Source: Eutreptiella sp. 'Long Island Sound 2002'
Taxonomy: Eukaryota > Protista > Euglenida
Direction: 5' to 3'
Length of the DNA: 64,000 bases
Assembly: GCA_964036045.1 (NCBI GenBank)
Contig: OZ038378.1
Location: 170,500,001-170,564,000, forward strand
This document shows, piece after piece, positions 12,251 to 23,123 of the stretch. The notes below the pieces were generated by a model. It had not been told where the DNA came from, searched no databases, and saw nothing but the letters and a program-made list of their open reading frames with translations. Made by a program: the position numbers and the translations under genes. Positions within the stretch are counted from its first letter, which is position 1. Each line of letters opens with the position of its first letter.

Positions 12251-13894
12251 AGTGGGTATGCCTGTCGCCAGTGGGTATGGGACCAGACCATTGCGTTTTT
12301 GGAAAAGGAAAAGTACAGTGCACAGTCCCTGGACAACGCAGACCAGATACTGTCTTCCCTGCACCGCATTATCCGCCAAAACAAATGGCCTGCCAACCCC
12401 TCACGCTGTGTCCCCCTCTTGTACTTACTCGGTAAGGCCAAATCGCTCCTTAAAGGGATAATCCTATGGAGGCCCATCGCTGCGATAGTCCAGCCACAAA
12501 TCCAGCGTTTCTATCTACGCAATGCAGCGCGTGCTTTCACACTCTTTTTGCGCCTGCTAGTGGAAGAAATTACTGCCTCTTTTTTAGTCCTCAGGATATG
12601 CGACCTCCAGCCCTGGGTACACGGCCTCAGTGACTGGGGATGCACGCAGATTGCAGAGTGCGACTGCTCAGGCCAGTTTAACAATGTTACCCCCCTGTCC
12701 GTCATGCAGGACATGTCGGCAGCTATTAAATGGCTCGCTGCTAAGCGCCGTTGGAATGCCAAAGAGGTGGTATGGAGCATACACCGCGATAACAAACAGC
12801 TGGACCGTGCAGGCGTAGGCACTACGTCTCGTTTTTTCCACATGACTCACGCAGACCTGGAGAATCTCGTGTATTTTTCCCTATTAACTGACACTTACAC
12901 CCAGGCATCAGGCAGATTATGGTCCAGGACAGGTGCCATCCCAATGGGAGGACCTTTTAGCGCCCAAAGTGCGGATTTGCGCTCAGTGTGGGGAGCCAAA
13001 ACGCGAGTGGACCTGATGAGGCGGCTAGGACAGCTCACTTTTTCACCCCGTGGACACCCACTGTGGTCTACCCCACGAGGTAACACGATATCCCTGGCTC
13101 AATTCCGGGACAACGTTCTCCTTGGCGCCCGTGGGCCGACAGCTTCTACAGAAATGCAACATGTCTGTGACGTGCTGTCGGAAACGTGGTCCCTCCCCGT
13201 CCTCTGTGATTGCATGACCGACGATAATCGGGTATGTGCAGGGACGTGCATGCAGCCATCCATCACAGCAATGGGTTTCACAGTGCACATTCACGGTGAC
13301 CATCCCCCATTGGTTTATTCTCAGCCCTCTGGCCTCACCAGCGCATGGCACCTCAAGTACACTGTTACCTTGCAGTCACCGCCAGCGCACGCACACAAGC
13401 ATATATCAAACATCATCGTTAGTGCTGTCCTCAACATACACCCGTTTCTGCACACCTGGGCGGGCTGCCTCCTGAGTGTTGCTTCCTGGGCGCAATTAGC
13501 CTGCTTGTCCGGGTACCCGCGGTCAACAGTTTTGCGCGCGCTGCACTCGGCGGTTCCGCGAATAATCAGCAGGACACCCTGGGACGTCGACAGCACCCTC
13601 GGTTGGTGCTGCCACGTCGTATATTTTTTGCCAGCTACGCGGGACACTGTTTTCTTCCGCCTTCGCCGTTGGCTCCAGGCACATGCAGTGTGGTCTCCTG
13701 CGGCGTATGCCTCTTGGCACATGCCACACCCGGGACCATGCAGTGCCATATGTGCAGACTGGTGCCACGATTTTCCTGTCCTCTCTGTTTTCTCTCCTCT
13801 CCTGGATCCCTGTGAACTCATCCGAACGGGGCTCTGCCCCCGGGGGGAGGGGGGATCACGGTTTCCCACTATATGTGAAGTCGATTGTAGTTAA
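12251..13894 (+). CDS. Penelope-like reverse transcriptase, 5'-truncated, copy 1 (element 12251-14113)
   Basis: PLE-type motifs: PLLYLLGK...WRPIAA (cf. PxFYGLPKIHK..RPIVS), ECDCSGQFNNV (cf. xDVxSLFTNV), GAIPMGGPFSAQSADL (cf. GxPMGSPLSPxLANL), QFRDNV (cf. RYVDD) and thumb LSGYPR (cf. NGYP). No endonuclease domain and no start codon near the 5' end. Confidence 0.8.
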   Translation, partial: SGYACRQWVWDQTIAFLEKEKYSAQSLDNADQILSSLHRIIRQNKWPANPSRCVPLLYLLGKAKSLLKGIILWRPIAAIVQPQIQRFYLRNAARAFTLFLRLLVEEITASFLVLRICDLQPWVHGLSDWGCTQIAECDCSGQFNNVTPLSVMQDMSAAIKWLAAKRRWNAKEVVWSIHRDNKQLDRAGVGTTSRFFHMTHADLENLVYFSLLTDTYTQASGRLWSRTGAIPMGGPFSAQSADLRSVWGAKTRVDLMRRLGQLTFSPRGHPLWSTPRGNTISLAQFRDNVLLGARGPTASTEMQHVCDVLSETWSLPVLCDCMTDDNRVCAGTCMQPSITAMGFTVHIHGDHPPLVYSQPSGLTSAWHLKYTVTLQSPPAHAHKHISNIIVSAVLNIHPFLHTWAGCLLSVASWAQLACLSGYPRSTVLRALHSAVPRIISRTPWDVDSTLGWCCHVVYFLPATRDTVFFRLRRWLQAHAVWSPAAYASWHMPHPGPCSAICADWCHDFPVLSVFSPLLDPCELIRTGLCPRGEGGSRFPTICEVDCS

Positions 13895-14510
13895 CAACTC
13901 AGGTCCGATGGTACCAGCTTGGCGGTGGTTCTCAACGTACCGCTGCGACCCATTGCTTCGCGTGTTGGTGGCCTGCCCACTGGCACCTCTGTGTCTCGCT
14001 CTTGTGACAGAAAGGTACCTATGGTCTGTTAGGCCACTGACGAGCCGATTTTCTTTCTGCGTTTTTGTGCTGGCCGCGTCTTGTGCCCACGTGCATTAAC
14101 TCAGCATTCCTTCGGGGTCTCCCAAGGGACGGGTGCACAACCTGCTTATGCAGTTTTTCACCCCGGACAGCTCAAAAATCGAAGTTTTCGAAACTTGTTT
14201 TTTTGATATTGTGACCACCTAAAATGACCATCTAAGCTATGGAAAGCATGTTTTAGGCCGTATTTACGTGTTTTTCACCCTATTTGGGTATCAGGTCGGG
14301 GGGGGGGGGGGTCTCCCAAGGGACGGGTGCACAACCTGCTTATGCAGTTTTTCACCCCGGACAGCTCAAAAATCGAAGTTTTCGAAACTTTTTTTTTGAT
14401 ATTGTGACCACCCAAAATGACCATCCAAGCTATGCAAAGCATGTTTTAGGCCGTATTTACGTGTTTTTCACCTTATTTGGGTGTTAGGTCCGGGGGGGGG
14501 GGGGGTCTCC

Positions 14511-16154
14511 AGTGGGTATGCCTGTCGCCAGTGGGTATGGGACCAGACCATTGCGTTTTTGGAAAAGGAAAAGTACAGTGCACAGTCCCTGGACAACGCA
14601 GACCAGATACTGTCTTCCCTGCACCGCATTATCCGCCAAAACAAATGGCCTGCCAACCCCTCACGCTGTGTCCCCCTCTTGTACTTACTCGGTAAGGCCA
14701 AATCGCTCCTTAAAGGGATAATCCTATGGAGGCCCATCGCTGCGATAGTCCAGCCACAAATCCAGCGTTTCTATCTACGCAATGCAGCGCGTGCTTTCAC
14801 ACTCTTTTTGCGCCTGCTAGTGGAAGAAATTACTGCCTCTTTTTTAGTCCTCAGGATATGCGACCTCCAGCCCTGGGTACACGGCCTCAGTGACTGGGGA
14901 TGCACGCAGATTGCAGAGTGCGACTGCTCAGGCCAGTTTAACAATGTTACCCCCCTGTCCGTCATGCAGGACATGTCGGCAGCTATTAAATGGCTCGCTG
15001 CTAAGCGCCGTTGGAATGCCAAAGAGGTGGTATGGAGCATACACCGCGATAACAAACAGCTGGACCGTGCAGGCGTAGGCACTACGTCTCGTTTTTTCCA
15101 CATGACTCACGCAGACCTGGAGAATCTCGTGTATTTTTCCCTATTAACTGACACTTACACCCAGGCATCAGGCAGATTATGGTCCAGGACAGGTGCCATC
15201 CCAATGGGAGGACCTTTTAGCGCCCAAAGTGCGGATTTGCGCTCAGTGTGGGGAGCCAAAACGCGAGTGGACCTGATGAGGCGGCTAGGACAGCTCACTT
15301 TTTCACCCCGTGGACACCCACTGTGGTCTACCCCACGAGGTAACACGATATCCCTGGCTCAATTCCGGGACAACGTTCTCCTTGGCGCCCGTGGGCCGAC
15401 AGCTTCTACAGAAATGCAACATGTCTGTGACGTGCTGTCGGAAACGTGGTCCCTCCCCGTCCTCTGTGATTGCATGACCGACGATAATCGGGTATGTGCA
15501 GGGACGTGCATGCAGCCATCCATCACAGCAATGGGTTTCACAGTGCACATTCACGGTGACCATCCCCCATTGGTTTATTCTCAGCCCTCTGGCCTCACCA
15601 GCGCATGGCACCTCAAGTACACTGTTACCTTGCAGTCACCGCCAGCGCACGCACACAAGCATATATCAAACATCATCGTTAGTGCTGTCCTCAACATACA
15701 CCCGTTTCTGCACACCTGGGCGGGCTGCCTCCTGAGTGTTGCTTCCTGGGCGCAATTAGCCTGCTTGTCCGGGTACCCGCGGTCAACAGTTTTGCGCGCG
15801 CTGCACTCGGCGGTTCCGCGAATAATCAGCAGGACACCCTGGGACGTCGACAGCACCCTCGGTTGGTGCTGCCACGTCGTATATTTTTTGCCAGCTACGC
15901 GGGACACTGTTTTCTTCCGCCTTCGCCGTTGGCTCCAGGCACATGCAGTGTGGTCTCCTGCGGCGTATGCCTCTTGGCACATGCCACACCCGGGACCATG
16001 CAGTGCCATATGTGCAGACTGGTGCCACGATTTTCCTGTCCTCTCTGTTTTCTCTCCTCTCCTGGATCCCTGTGAACTCATCCGAACGGGGCTCTGCCCC
16101 CGGGGGGAGGGGGGATCACGGTTTCCCACTATATGTGAAGTCGATTGTAGTTAA
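14511..16154 (+). CDS. Penelope-like reverse transcriptase, copy 2 (element 14511-16373)
   Basis: Protein identical to copy 1, with the same 5' junction and the same GGGGTCTCC flanks. Confidence 0.8.
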   Translation, partial: SGYACRQWVWDQTIAFLEKEKYSAQSLDNADQILSSLHRIIRQNKWPANPSRCVPLLYLLGKAKSLLKGIILWRPIAAIVQPQIQRFYLRNAARAFTLFLRLLVEEITASFLVLRICDLQPWVHGLSDWGCTQIAECDCSGQFNNVTPLSVMQDMSAAIKWLAAKRRWNAKEVVWSIHRDNKQLDRAGVGTTSRFFHMTHADLENLVYFSLLTDTYTQASGRLWSRTGAIPMGGPFSAQSADLRSVWGAKTRVDLMRRLGQLTFSPRGHPLWSTPRGNTISLAQFRDNVLLGARGPTASTEMQHVCDVLSETWSLPVLCDCMTDDNRVCAGTCMQPSITAMGFTVHIHGDHPPLVYSQPSGLTSAWHLKYTVTLQSPPAHAHKHISNIIVSAVLNIHPFLHTWAGCLLSVASWAQLACLSGYPRSTVLRALHSAVPRIISRTPWDVDSTLGWCCHVVYFLPATRDTVFFRLRRWLQAHAVWSPAAYASWHMPHPGPCSAICADWCHDFPVLSVFSPLLDPCELIRTGLCPRGEGGSRFPTICEVDCS

Positions 16155-16770
16155 CAACTCAGGTCCGATGGTACCAGCTTGGCGGTGGTTCTCAACGTAC
16201 CGCTGCGACCCATTGCTTCGCGTGTTGGTGGCCTGCCCACTGGCACCTCTGTGTCTCGCTCTTGTGACAGAAAGGTACCTATGGTCTGTTAGGCCACTGC
16301 CGAGCCGATTTTCTTTCTGCGTTTTTGTGCTGGCCGCGTCTTATGCCCACGTGCATTAACTCAGCATTCCTTCGGGGTCTCCCAAGGGACGGGTGCACAA
16401 CCTGCTTATGCAGTTTTTCACCCCGGACAGCTCAAAAATCGAAGTTTTCGAAACTTGTTTTTTTGATATTGTGACCACCTAAAATGACCATCTAAGCTAT
16501 GGAAAGCATGTTTTAGGCCGTATTTACGTGTTTTTCACCCTATTTGGGTATCAGGTCGGGGGGGGGGGGTCTCCCAAGGGACGGGTGCACAACCTGCTTA
16601 TGCAGTTTTTCACCCCGGACAGCTCAAAAATCGAAGTTTTCGAAACTTTTTTTTTGATATTGTGACCACCCAAAATGACCATCCAAGCTATGCAAAGCAT
16701 GTTTTAGGCCGTATTTACGTGTTTTTCACCTTATTTGGGTGTTAGGTCCGGGGGGGGGGGGGGGGTCTCC

Positions 16771-18414
16771 AGTGGGTATGCCTGTCGCCAGTGGGTATGG
16801 GACCAGACCATTGCGTTTTTGGAAAAGGAAAAGTACAGTGCACAGTCCCTGGACAACGCAGACCAGATACTGTCTTCCCTGCACCGCATTATCCGCCAAA
16901 ACAAATGGCCTGCCAACCCCTCACGCTGTGTCCCCCTCTTGTACTTACTCGGTAAGGCCAAATCGCTCCTTAAAGGGATAATCCTATGGAGGCCCATCGC
17001 TGCGATAGTCCAGCCACAAATCCAGCGTTTCTATCTACGCAATGCAGCGCGTGCTTTCACACTCTTTTTGCGCCTGCTAGTGGAAGAAATTACTGCCTCT
17101 TTTTTAGTCCTCAGGATATGCGACCTCCAGCCCTGGGTACACGGCCTCAGTGACTGGGGATGCACGCAGATTGCAGAGTGCGACTGCTCAGGCCAGTTTA
17201 ACAATGTTACCCCCCTGTCCGTCATGCAGGACATGTCGGCAGCTATTAAATGGCTCGCTGCTAAGCGCCGTTGGAATGCCAAAGAGGTGGTATGGAGCAT
17301 ACACCGCGATAACAAACAGCTGGACCGTGCAGGCGTAGGCACTACGTCTCGTTTTTTCCACATGACTCACGCAGACCTGGAGAATCTCGTGTATTTTTCC
17401 CTATTAACTGACACTTACACCCAGGCATCAGGCAGATTATGGTCCAGGACAGGTGCCATCCCAATGGGAGGACCTTTTAGCGCCCAAAGTGCGGATTTGC
17501 GCTCAGTGTGGGGAGCCAAAACGCGAGTGGACCTGATGAGGCGGCTAGGACAGCTCACTTTTTCACCCCGTGGACACCCACTGTGGTCTACCCCACGAGG
17601 TAACACGATATCCCTGGCTCAATTCCGGGACAACGTTCTCCTTGGCGCCCGTGGGCCGACAGCTTCTACAGAAATGCAACATGTCTGTGACGTGCTGTCG
17701 GAAACGTGGTCCCTCCCCGTCCTCTGTGATTGCATGACCGACGATAATCGGGTATGTGCAGGGACGTGCATGCAGCCATCCATCACAGCAATGGGTTTCA
17801 CAGTGCACATTCACGGTGACCATCCCCCATTGGTTTATTCTCAGCCCTCTGGCCTCACCAGCGCATGGCACCTCAAGTACACTGTTACCTTGCAGTCACC
17901 GCCAGCGCACGCACACAAGCATATATCAAACATCATCGTTAGTGCTGTCCTCAACATACACCCGTTTCTGCACACCTGGGCGGGCTGCCTCCTGAGTGTT
18001 GCTTCCTGGGCGCAATTAGCCTGCTTGTCCGGGTACCCGCGGTCAACAGTTTTGCGCGCGCTGCACTCGGCGGTTCCGCGAATAATCAGCAGGACACCCT
18101 GGGACGTCGACAGCACCCTCGGTTGGTGCTGCCACGTCGTATATTTTTTGCCAGCTACGCGGGACACTGTTTTCTTCCGCCTTCGCCGTTGGCTCCAGGC
18201 ACATGCAGTGTGGTCTCCTGCGGCGTATGCCTCTTGGCACATGCCACACCCGGGACCATGCAGTGCCATATGTGCAGACTGGTGCCACGATTTTCCTGTC
18301 CTCTCTGTTTTCTCTCCTCTCCTGGATCCCTGTGAACTCATCCGAACGGGACTCTGCCCCCGGGGGGAGGGGGGATCACGGTTTCCCACTATATGTGAAG
18401 TCGATTGTAGTTAA
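16771..18414 (+). CDS. Penelope-like reverse transcriptase, copy 3 (element 16771-18633)
   Basis: Protein identical to copy 1, with a synonymous SNP near 18351. Confidence 0.8.
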   Translation, partial: SGYACRQWVWDQTIAFLEKEKYSAQSLDNADQILSSLHRIIRQNKWPANPSRCVPLLYLLGKAKSLLKGIILWRPIAAIVQPQIQRFYLRNAARAFTLFLRLLVEEITASFLVLRICDLQPWVHGLSDWGCTQIAECDCSGQFNNVTPLSVMQDMSAAIKWLAAKRRWNAKEVVWSIHRDNKQLDRAGVGTTSRFFHMTHADLENLVYFSLLTDTYTQASGRLWSRTGAIPMGGPFSAQSADLRSVWGAKTRVDLMRRLGQLTFSPRGHPLWSTPRGNTISLAQFRDNVLLGARGPTASTEMQHVCDVLSETWSLPVLCDCMTDDNRVCAGTCMQPSITAMGFTVHIHGDHPPLVYSQPSGLTSAWHLKYTVTLQSPPAHAHKHISNIIVSAVLNIHPFLHTWAGCLLSVASWAQLACLSGYPRSTVLRALHSAVPRIISRTPWDVDSTLGWCCHVVYFLPATRDTVFFRLRRWLQAHAVWSPAAYASWHMPHPGPCSAICADWCHDFPVLSVFSPLLDPCELIRTGLCPRGEGGSRFPTICEVDCS

Positions 18415-19220
18415 CAACTCAGGTCCGATGGTACCAGCTTGGCGGTGGTTCTCAACGTACCGCTGCGACCCATTGCTTCGCGTGTTGGTGGCCTGCCCAC
18501 TGGCACCTCTGTGTCTCGCTCTTGTGACAGAAAGGTACCTATGGTCTGTTAGGCCACTGCCGAGCCGATTTTCTTTCTGCGTTTTTGTGCTGGCCGCGTC
18601 TTGTGCCCACGTGCATTAACTCAGCATTCCTTCGGGGTCTCCCAAGGGACGGGTGCACAACCTGCTTATGCAGTTTTTCACCCCGGACAGCTCAAAAATC
18701 GAAGTTTTCGAAACTTGTTTTTTTGATATTGTGACCACCTAAAATGACCATCTAAGCTATGGAAAGCATGTTTTAGGCCGTATTTACGTGTTTTTCACCC
18801 TATTTGGGTATCAGGTCGGGGGGGGGGGTCTCCCAAGGGACGGGTGCACAACCTGCTTATGCAGTTTTTCACCCCGGACAGCTCAAAAATCGAAGTTTTC
18901 GAAACTTGTTTTTGTGATATTGTGATCACCTAAAATGACCATCCAAGCTATGGAAAGCATGTTTTAGGCCGTATTTACGTGTTTTTCACCCTATTTGGGT
19001 ATCAGGTCGGGGGGGGGGGGGTCTCCCAAGGGACGGGTGCACAACCTGCTTATGCAGTTTTTCACCCCGGACAGCTCAAAAATCGAAGTTTTCGAAACTT
19101 TTTTTTTGATATTGTGACCACCCAAAATGACCATCCAAGCTATGCAAAGCATGTTTTAGGCCGTATTTACGTGTTTTTCACCTTATTTGGGTGTTAGGTC
19201 CGGGGGGGGGGGGGGTCTCC

Positions 19221-20864
19221 AGTGGGTATGCCTGTCGCCAGTGGGTATGGGACCAGACCATTGCGTTTTTGGAAAAGGAAAAGTACAGTGCACAGTCCCT
19301 GGACAACGCAGACCAGATACTGTCTTCCCTGCACCGCATTATCCGCCAAAACAAATGGCCTGCCAACCCCTCACGCTGTGTCCCCCTCTTGTACTTACTC
19401 GGTAAGGCCAAATCGCTCCTTAAAGGGATAATCCTATGGAGGCCCATCGCTGCGATAGTCCAGCCACAAATCCAGCGTTTCTATCTACGCAATGCAGCGC
19501 GTGCTTTCACACTCTTTTTGCGCCTGCTAGTGGAAGAAATTACTGCCTCTTTTTTAGTCCTCAGGATATGCAACCTCCAGCCCTGGGTACACGGCCTCAG
19601 TGACTGGGGATGCACGCAGATTGCAGAGTGCGACTGCTCAGGCCAGTTTAACAATGTTACCCCCCTGTCCGTCATGCAGGACATGTCGGCAGCTATTAAA
19701 TGGCTCGCTGCTAAGCGCCGTTGGAATGCCAAAGAGGTGGTATGGAGCATACACCGCGATAACAAACAGCTGGACCGTGCAGGCGTAGGCACTACGTCTC
19801 GTTTTTTCCACATGACTCACGCAGACCTGGAGAATCTCGTGTATTTTTCCCTATTAACTGACACTTACACCCAGGCATCAGGCAGATTATGGTCCAGGAC
19901 AGGTGCCATCCCAATGGGAGGACCTTTTAGCGCCCAAAGTGCGGATTTGCGCTCAGTGTGGGGAGCCAAAACGCGAGTGGACCTGATGAGGCGGCTAGGA
20001 CAGCTCACTTTTTCACCCCGTGGACACCCACTGTGGTCTACCCCACGAGGTAACACGATATCCCTGGCTCAATTCCGGGACAACGTTCTCCTTGGCGCCC
20101 GTGGGCCGACAGCTTCTACAGAAATGCAACATGTCTGTGACGTGCTGTCGGAAACGTGGTCCCTCCCCGTCCTCTGTGATTGCATGACCGACGATAATCG
20201 GGTATGTGCAGGGACGTGCATGCAGCCATCCATCACAGCAATGGGTTTCACAGTGCACATTCACGGTGACCATCCCCCATTGGTTTATTCTCAGCCCTCT
20301 GGCCTCACCAGCGCATGGCACCTCAAGTACACTGTTACCTTGCAGTCACCGCCAGCGCACGCACACAAGCATATATCAAACATCATCGTTAGTGCTGTCC
20401 TCAACATACACCCGTTTCTGCACACCTGGGCGGGCTGCCTCCTGAGTGTTGCTTCCTGGGCGCAATTAGCCTGCTTGTCCGGGTACCCGCGGTCAACAGT
20501 TTTGCGCGCGCTGCACTCGGCGGTTCCGCGAATAATCAGCAGGACACCCTGGGACGTCGACAGCACCCTCGGTTGGTGCTGCCACGTCGTATATTTTTTG
20601 CCAGCTACGCGGGACACTGTTTTCTTCCGCCTTCGCCGTTGGCTCCAGGCACATGCAGTGTGGTCTCCTGCGGCGTATGCCTCTTGGCACATGCCACACC
20701 CGGGACCATGCAGTGCCATATGTGCAGACTGGTGCCACGATTTTCCTGTCCTCTCTGTTTTCTCTCCTCTCCTGGATCCCTGTGAACTCATCCGAACGGG
20801 GCTCTGCCCCCGGGGGGAGGGGGGATCACGGTTTCCCACTATATGTGAAGTCGATTGTAGTTAA
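19221..20864 (+). CDS. Penelope-like reverse transcriptase, copy 4 (element 19221-21083)
   Basis: As copy 1 except ICDLQ changed to ICNLQ, a change shared with copy 5. Confidence 0.8.
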   Translation, partial: SGYACRQWVWDQTIAFLEKEKYSAQSLDNADQILSSLHRIIRQNKWPANPSRCVPLLYLLGKAKSLLKGIILWRPIAAIVQPQIQRFYLRNAARAFTLFLRLLVEEITASFLVLRICNLQPWVHGLSDWGCTQIAECDCSGQFNNVTPLSVMQDMSAAIKWLAAKRRWNAKEVVWSIHRDNKQLDRAGVGTTSRFFHMTHADLENLVYFSLLTDTYTQASGRLWSRTGAIPMGGPFSAQSADLRSVWGAKTRVDLMRRLGQLTFSPRGHPLWSTPRGNTISLAQFRDNVLLGARGPTASTEMQHVCDVLSETWSLPVLCDCMTDDNRVCAGTCMQPSITAMGFTVHIHGDHPPLVYSQPSGLTSAWHLKYTVTLQSPPAHAHKHISNIIVSAVLNIHPFLHTWAGCLLSVASWAQLACLSGYPRSTVLRALHSAVPRIISRTPWDVDSTLGWCCHVVYFLPATRDTVFFRLRRWLQAHAVWSPAAYASWHMPHPGPCSAICADWCHDFPVLSVFSPLLDPCELIRTGLCPRGEGGSRFPTICEVDCS

Positions 20865-21479
20865 CAACTCAGGTCCGATGGTACCAGCTTGGCGGTGGTT
20901 CTCAACGTACCGCTGCGACCCATTGCTTCGCGTGTTGGTGGCCTGCCCACTGGCACCTCTGTGTCTCGCTCTTGTGACAGAAAGGTACCTATGGTCTGTT
21001 AGGCCACTGCCGAGCCGATTTTCTTTGTGCGTTTTTGTGCTGGCCGCGTCTTGTGCCCACGTGCATTAACTCAGCATTCCTTCGGGGTCTCCCAAGGGAC
21101 GGGTGCACAACCTGCTTATGCAGTTTTTCACCCCGGACAGCTCAAAAATCGAAGTTTTCGAAACTTGTTTTTTTGATATTGTGACCACCTAAAATGACCA
21201 TCTAAGCTATGGAAAGCATGTTTTAGGCCGTATTTACGTGTTTTTCACCCTATTTGGGTATCAGGTCGGGGGGGGGGGGGTCTCCCAAGGGACGGGTGCA
21301 CAACCTGCTTATGCAGTTTTTCACCCCGGACAGCTCAAAAATCGAAGTTTTCGAAACTTTTTTTTTGATATTGTGACCACCCAAAATGACCATCCAAGCT
21401 ATGCAAAGCATGTTTTAGGCCGTATTTACGTGTTTTTCACCTTATTTGGGTGTTAGGTCCGGGGGGGGGGGGGGTCTCC

Positions 21480-23123
21480 AGTGGGTATGCCTGTCGCCAG
21501 TGGGTATGGGACCAGACCATTGCGTTTTTGGAAAAGGAAAAGTACAGTGCACAGTCCCTGGACAACGCAGACCAGATACTGTCTTCCCTGCACCGCATTA
21601 TCCGCCAAAACAAATGGCCTGCCAACCCCTCACGCTGTGTCCCCCTCTTGTACTTACTCGGTAAGGCCAAATCGCTCCTTAAAGGGATAATCCTATGGAG
21701 GCCCATCGCTGCGATAGTCCAGCCACAAATCCAGCGTTTCTATCTACGCAATGCAGCGCGTGCTTTCACACTCTTTTTGCGCCTGCTAGTGGAAGAAATT
21801 ACTGCCTCTTTTTTAGTCCTCAGGATATGCAACCTCCAGCCCTGGGTACACGGCCTCAGTGACTGGGGATGCACGCAGATTGCAGAGTGCGACTGCTCAG
21901 GCCAGTTTAACAATGTTACCCCCCTGTCCGTCATGCAGGACATGTCGGCAGCTATTAAATGGCTCGCTGCTAAGCGCCGTTGGAATGCCAAAGAGGTGGT
22001 ATGGAGCATACACCGCGATAACAAACAGCTGGACCGTGCAGGCGTAGGCACTACGTCTCGTTTTTTCCACATGACTCACGCAGACCTGGAGAATCTCGTG
22101 TATTTTTCCCTATTAACTGACACTTACACCCAGGCATCAGGCAGATTATGGTCCAGGACAGGTGCCATCCCAATGGGAGGACCTTTTAGCGCCCAAAGTG
22201 CGGATTTGCGCTCAGTGTGGGGAGCCAAAACGCGAGTGGACCTGATGAGGCGGCTAGGACAGCTCACTTTTTCACCCCGTGGACACCCACTGTGGTCTAC
22301 CCCACGAGGTAACACGATATCCCTGGCTCAATTCCGGGACAACGTTCTCCTTGGCGCCCGTGGGCCGACAGCTTCTACAGAAATGCAACATGTCTGTGAC
22401 GTGCTGTCGGAAACGTGGTCCCTCCCCGTCCTCTGTGATTGCATGACCGACGATAATCGGGTATGTGCAGGGACGTGCATGCAGCCATCCATCACAGCAA
22501 TGGGTTTCACAGTGCACATTCACGGTGACCATCCCCCATTGGTTTATTCTCAGCCCTCCGGCCTCACCAGCGCATGGCACCTCAAGTACACTGTTACCTT
22601 GCAGTCACCGCCAGCGCACGCACACAAGCATATATCAAACATCATCGTTAGTGCTGTCCTCAACATACACCCGTTTCTGCACACCTGGGCGGGCTGCCTC
22701 CTGAGTGTTGCTTCCTGGGCGCAATTAGCCTGCTTGTCCGGGTACCCGCGGTCAACAGTTTTGCGCGCGCTGCACTCGGCGGTTCCGCGAATAATCAGCA
22801 GGACACCCTGGGACGTCGACAGCACCCTCGGTTGGTGCTGCCACGTCGTATATTTTTTGCCAGCTACGCGGGACACTGTTTTCTTCCGCCTTCGCCGTTG
22901 GCTCCAGGCACATGCAGTGTGGTCTCCTGCGGCGTATGCCTCTTGGCACATGCCACACCCGGGACCATGCAGTGCCATATGTGCAGACTGGTGCCACGAT
23001 TTTCCTGTCCTCTCTGTTTTCTCTCCTCTCCTGGATCCCTGTGAACTCATCCGAACGGGGCTCTGCCCCCGGGGGGAGGGGGGATCACGGTTTCCCACTA
23101 TATGTGAAGTCGATTGTAGTTAA
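21480..23123 (+). CDS. Penelope-like reverse transcriptase, copy 5 (element 21480-23342)
   Basis: As copy 4, with a private synonymous SNP near 22559. Confidence 0.8.
   Translation, partial: SGYACRQWVWDQTIAFLEKEKYSAQSLDNADQILSSLHRIIRQNKWPANPSRCVPLLYLLGKAKSLLKGIILWRPIAAIVQPQIQRFYLRNAARAFTLFLRLLVEEITASFLVLRICNLQPWVHGLSDWGCTQIAECDCSGQFNNVTPLSVMQDMSAAIKWLAAKRRWNAKEVVWSIHRDNKQLDRAGVGTTSRFFHMTHADLENLVYFSLLTDTYTQASGRLWSRTGAIPMGGPFSAQSADLRSVWGAKTRVDLMRRLGQLTFSPRGHPLWSTPRGNTISLAQFRDNVLLGARGPTASTEMQHVCDVLSETWSLPVLCDCMTDDNRVCAGTCMQPSITAMGFTVHIHGDHPPLVYSQPSGLTSAWHLKYTVTLQSPPAHAHKHISNIIVSAVLNIHPFLHTWAGCLLSVASWAQLACLSGYPRSTVLRALHSAVPRIISRTPWDVDSTLGWCCHVVYFLPATRDTVFFRLRRWLQAHAVWSPAAYASWHMPHPGPCSAICADWCHDFPVLSVFSPLLDPCELIRTGLCPRGEGGSRFPTICEVDCS

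Noticed and set aside
12251-13894. Telomerase RT
   Set aside because: No recognisable T motif or TERT N-terminal domains, and no telomeric repeats nearby.
14005-14050. Hammerhead ribozyme-like arrangement in the RT 3' UTR (GAAA, palindromic aggtacct, hairpin, CTGACGA)
   Set aside because: PLEs often carry hammerheads, but stem II cannot form here and four of the five copies read CTGCCGA. An Infernal scan would settle it.
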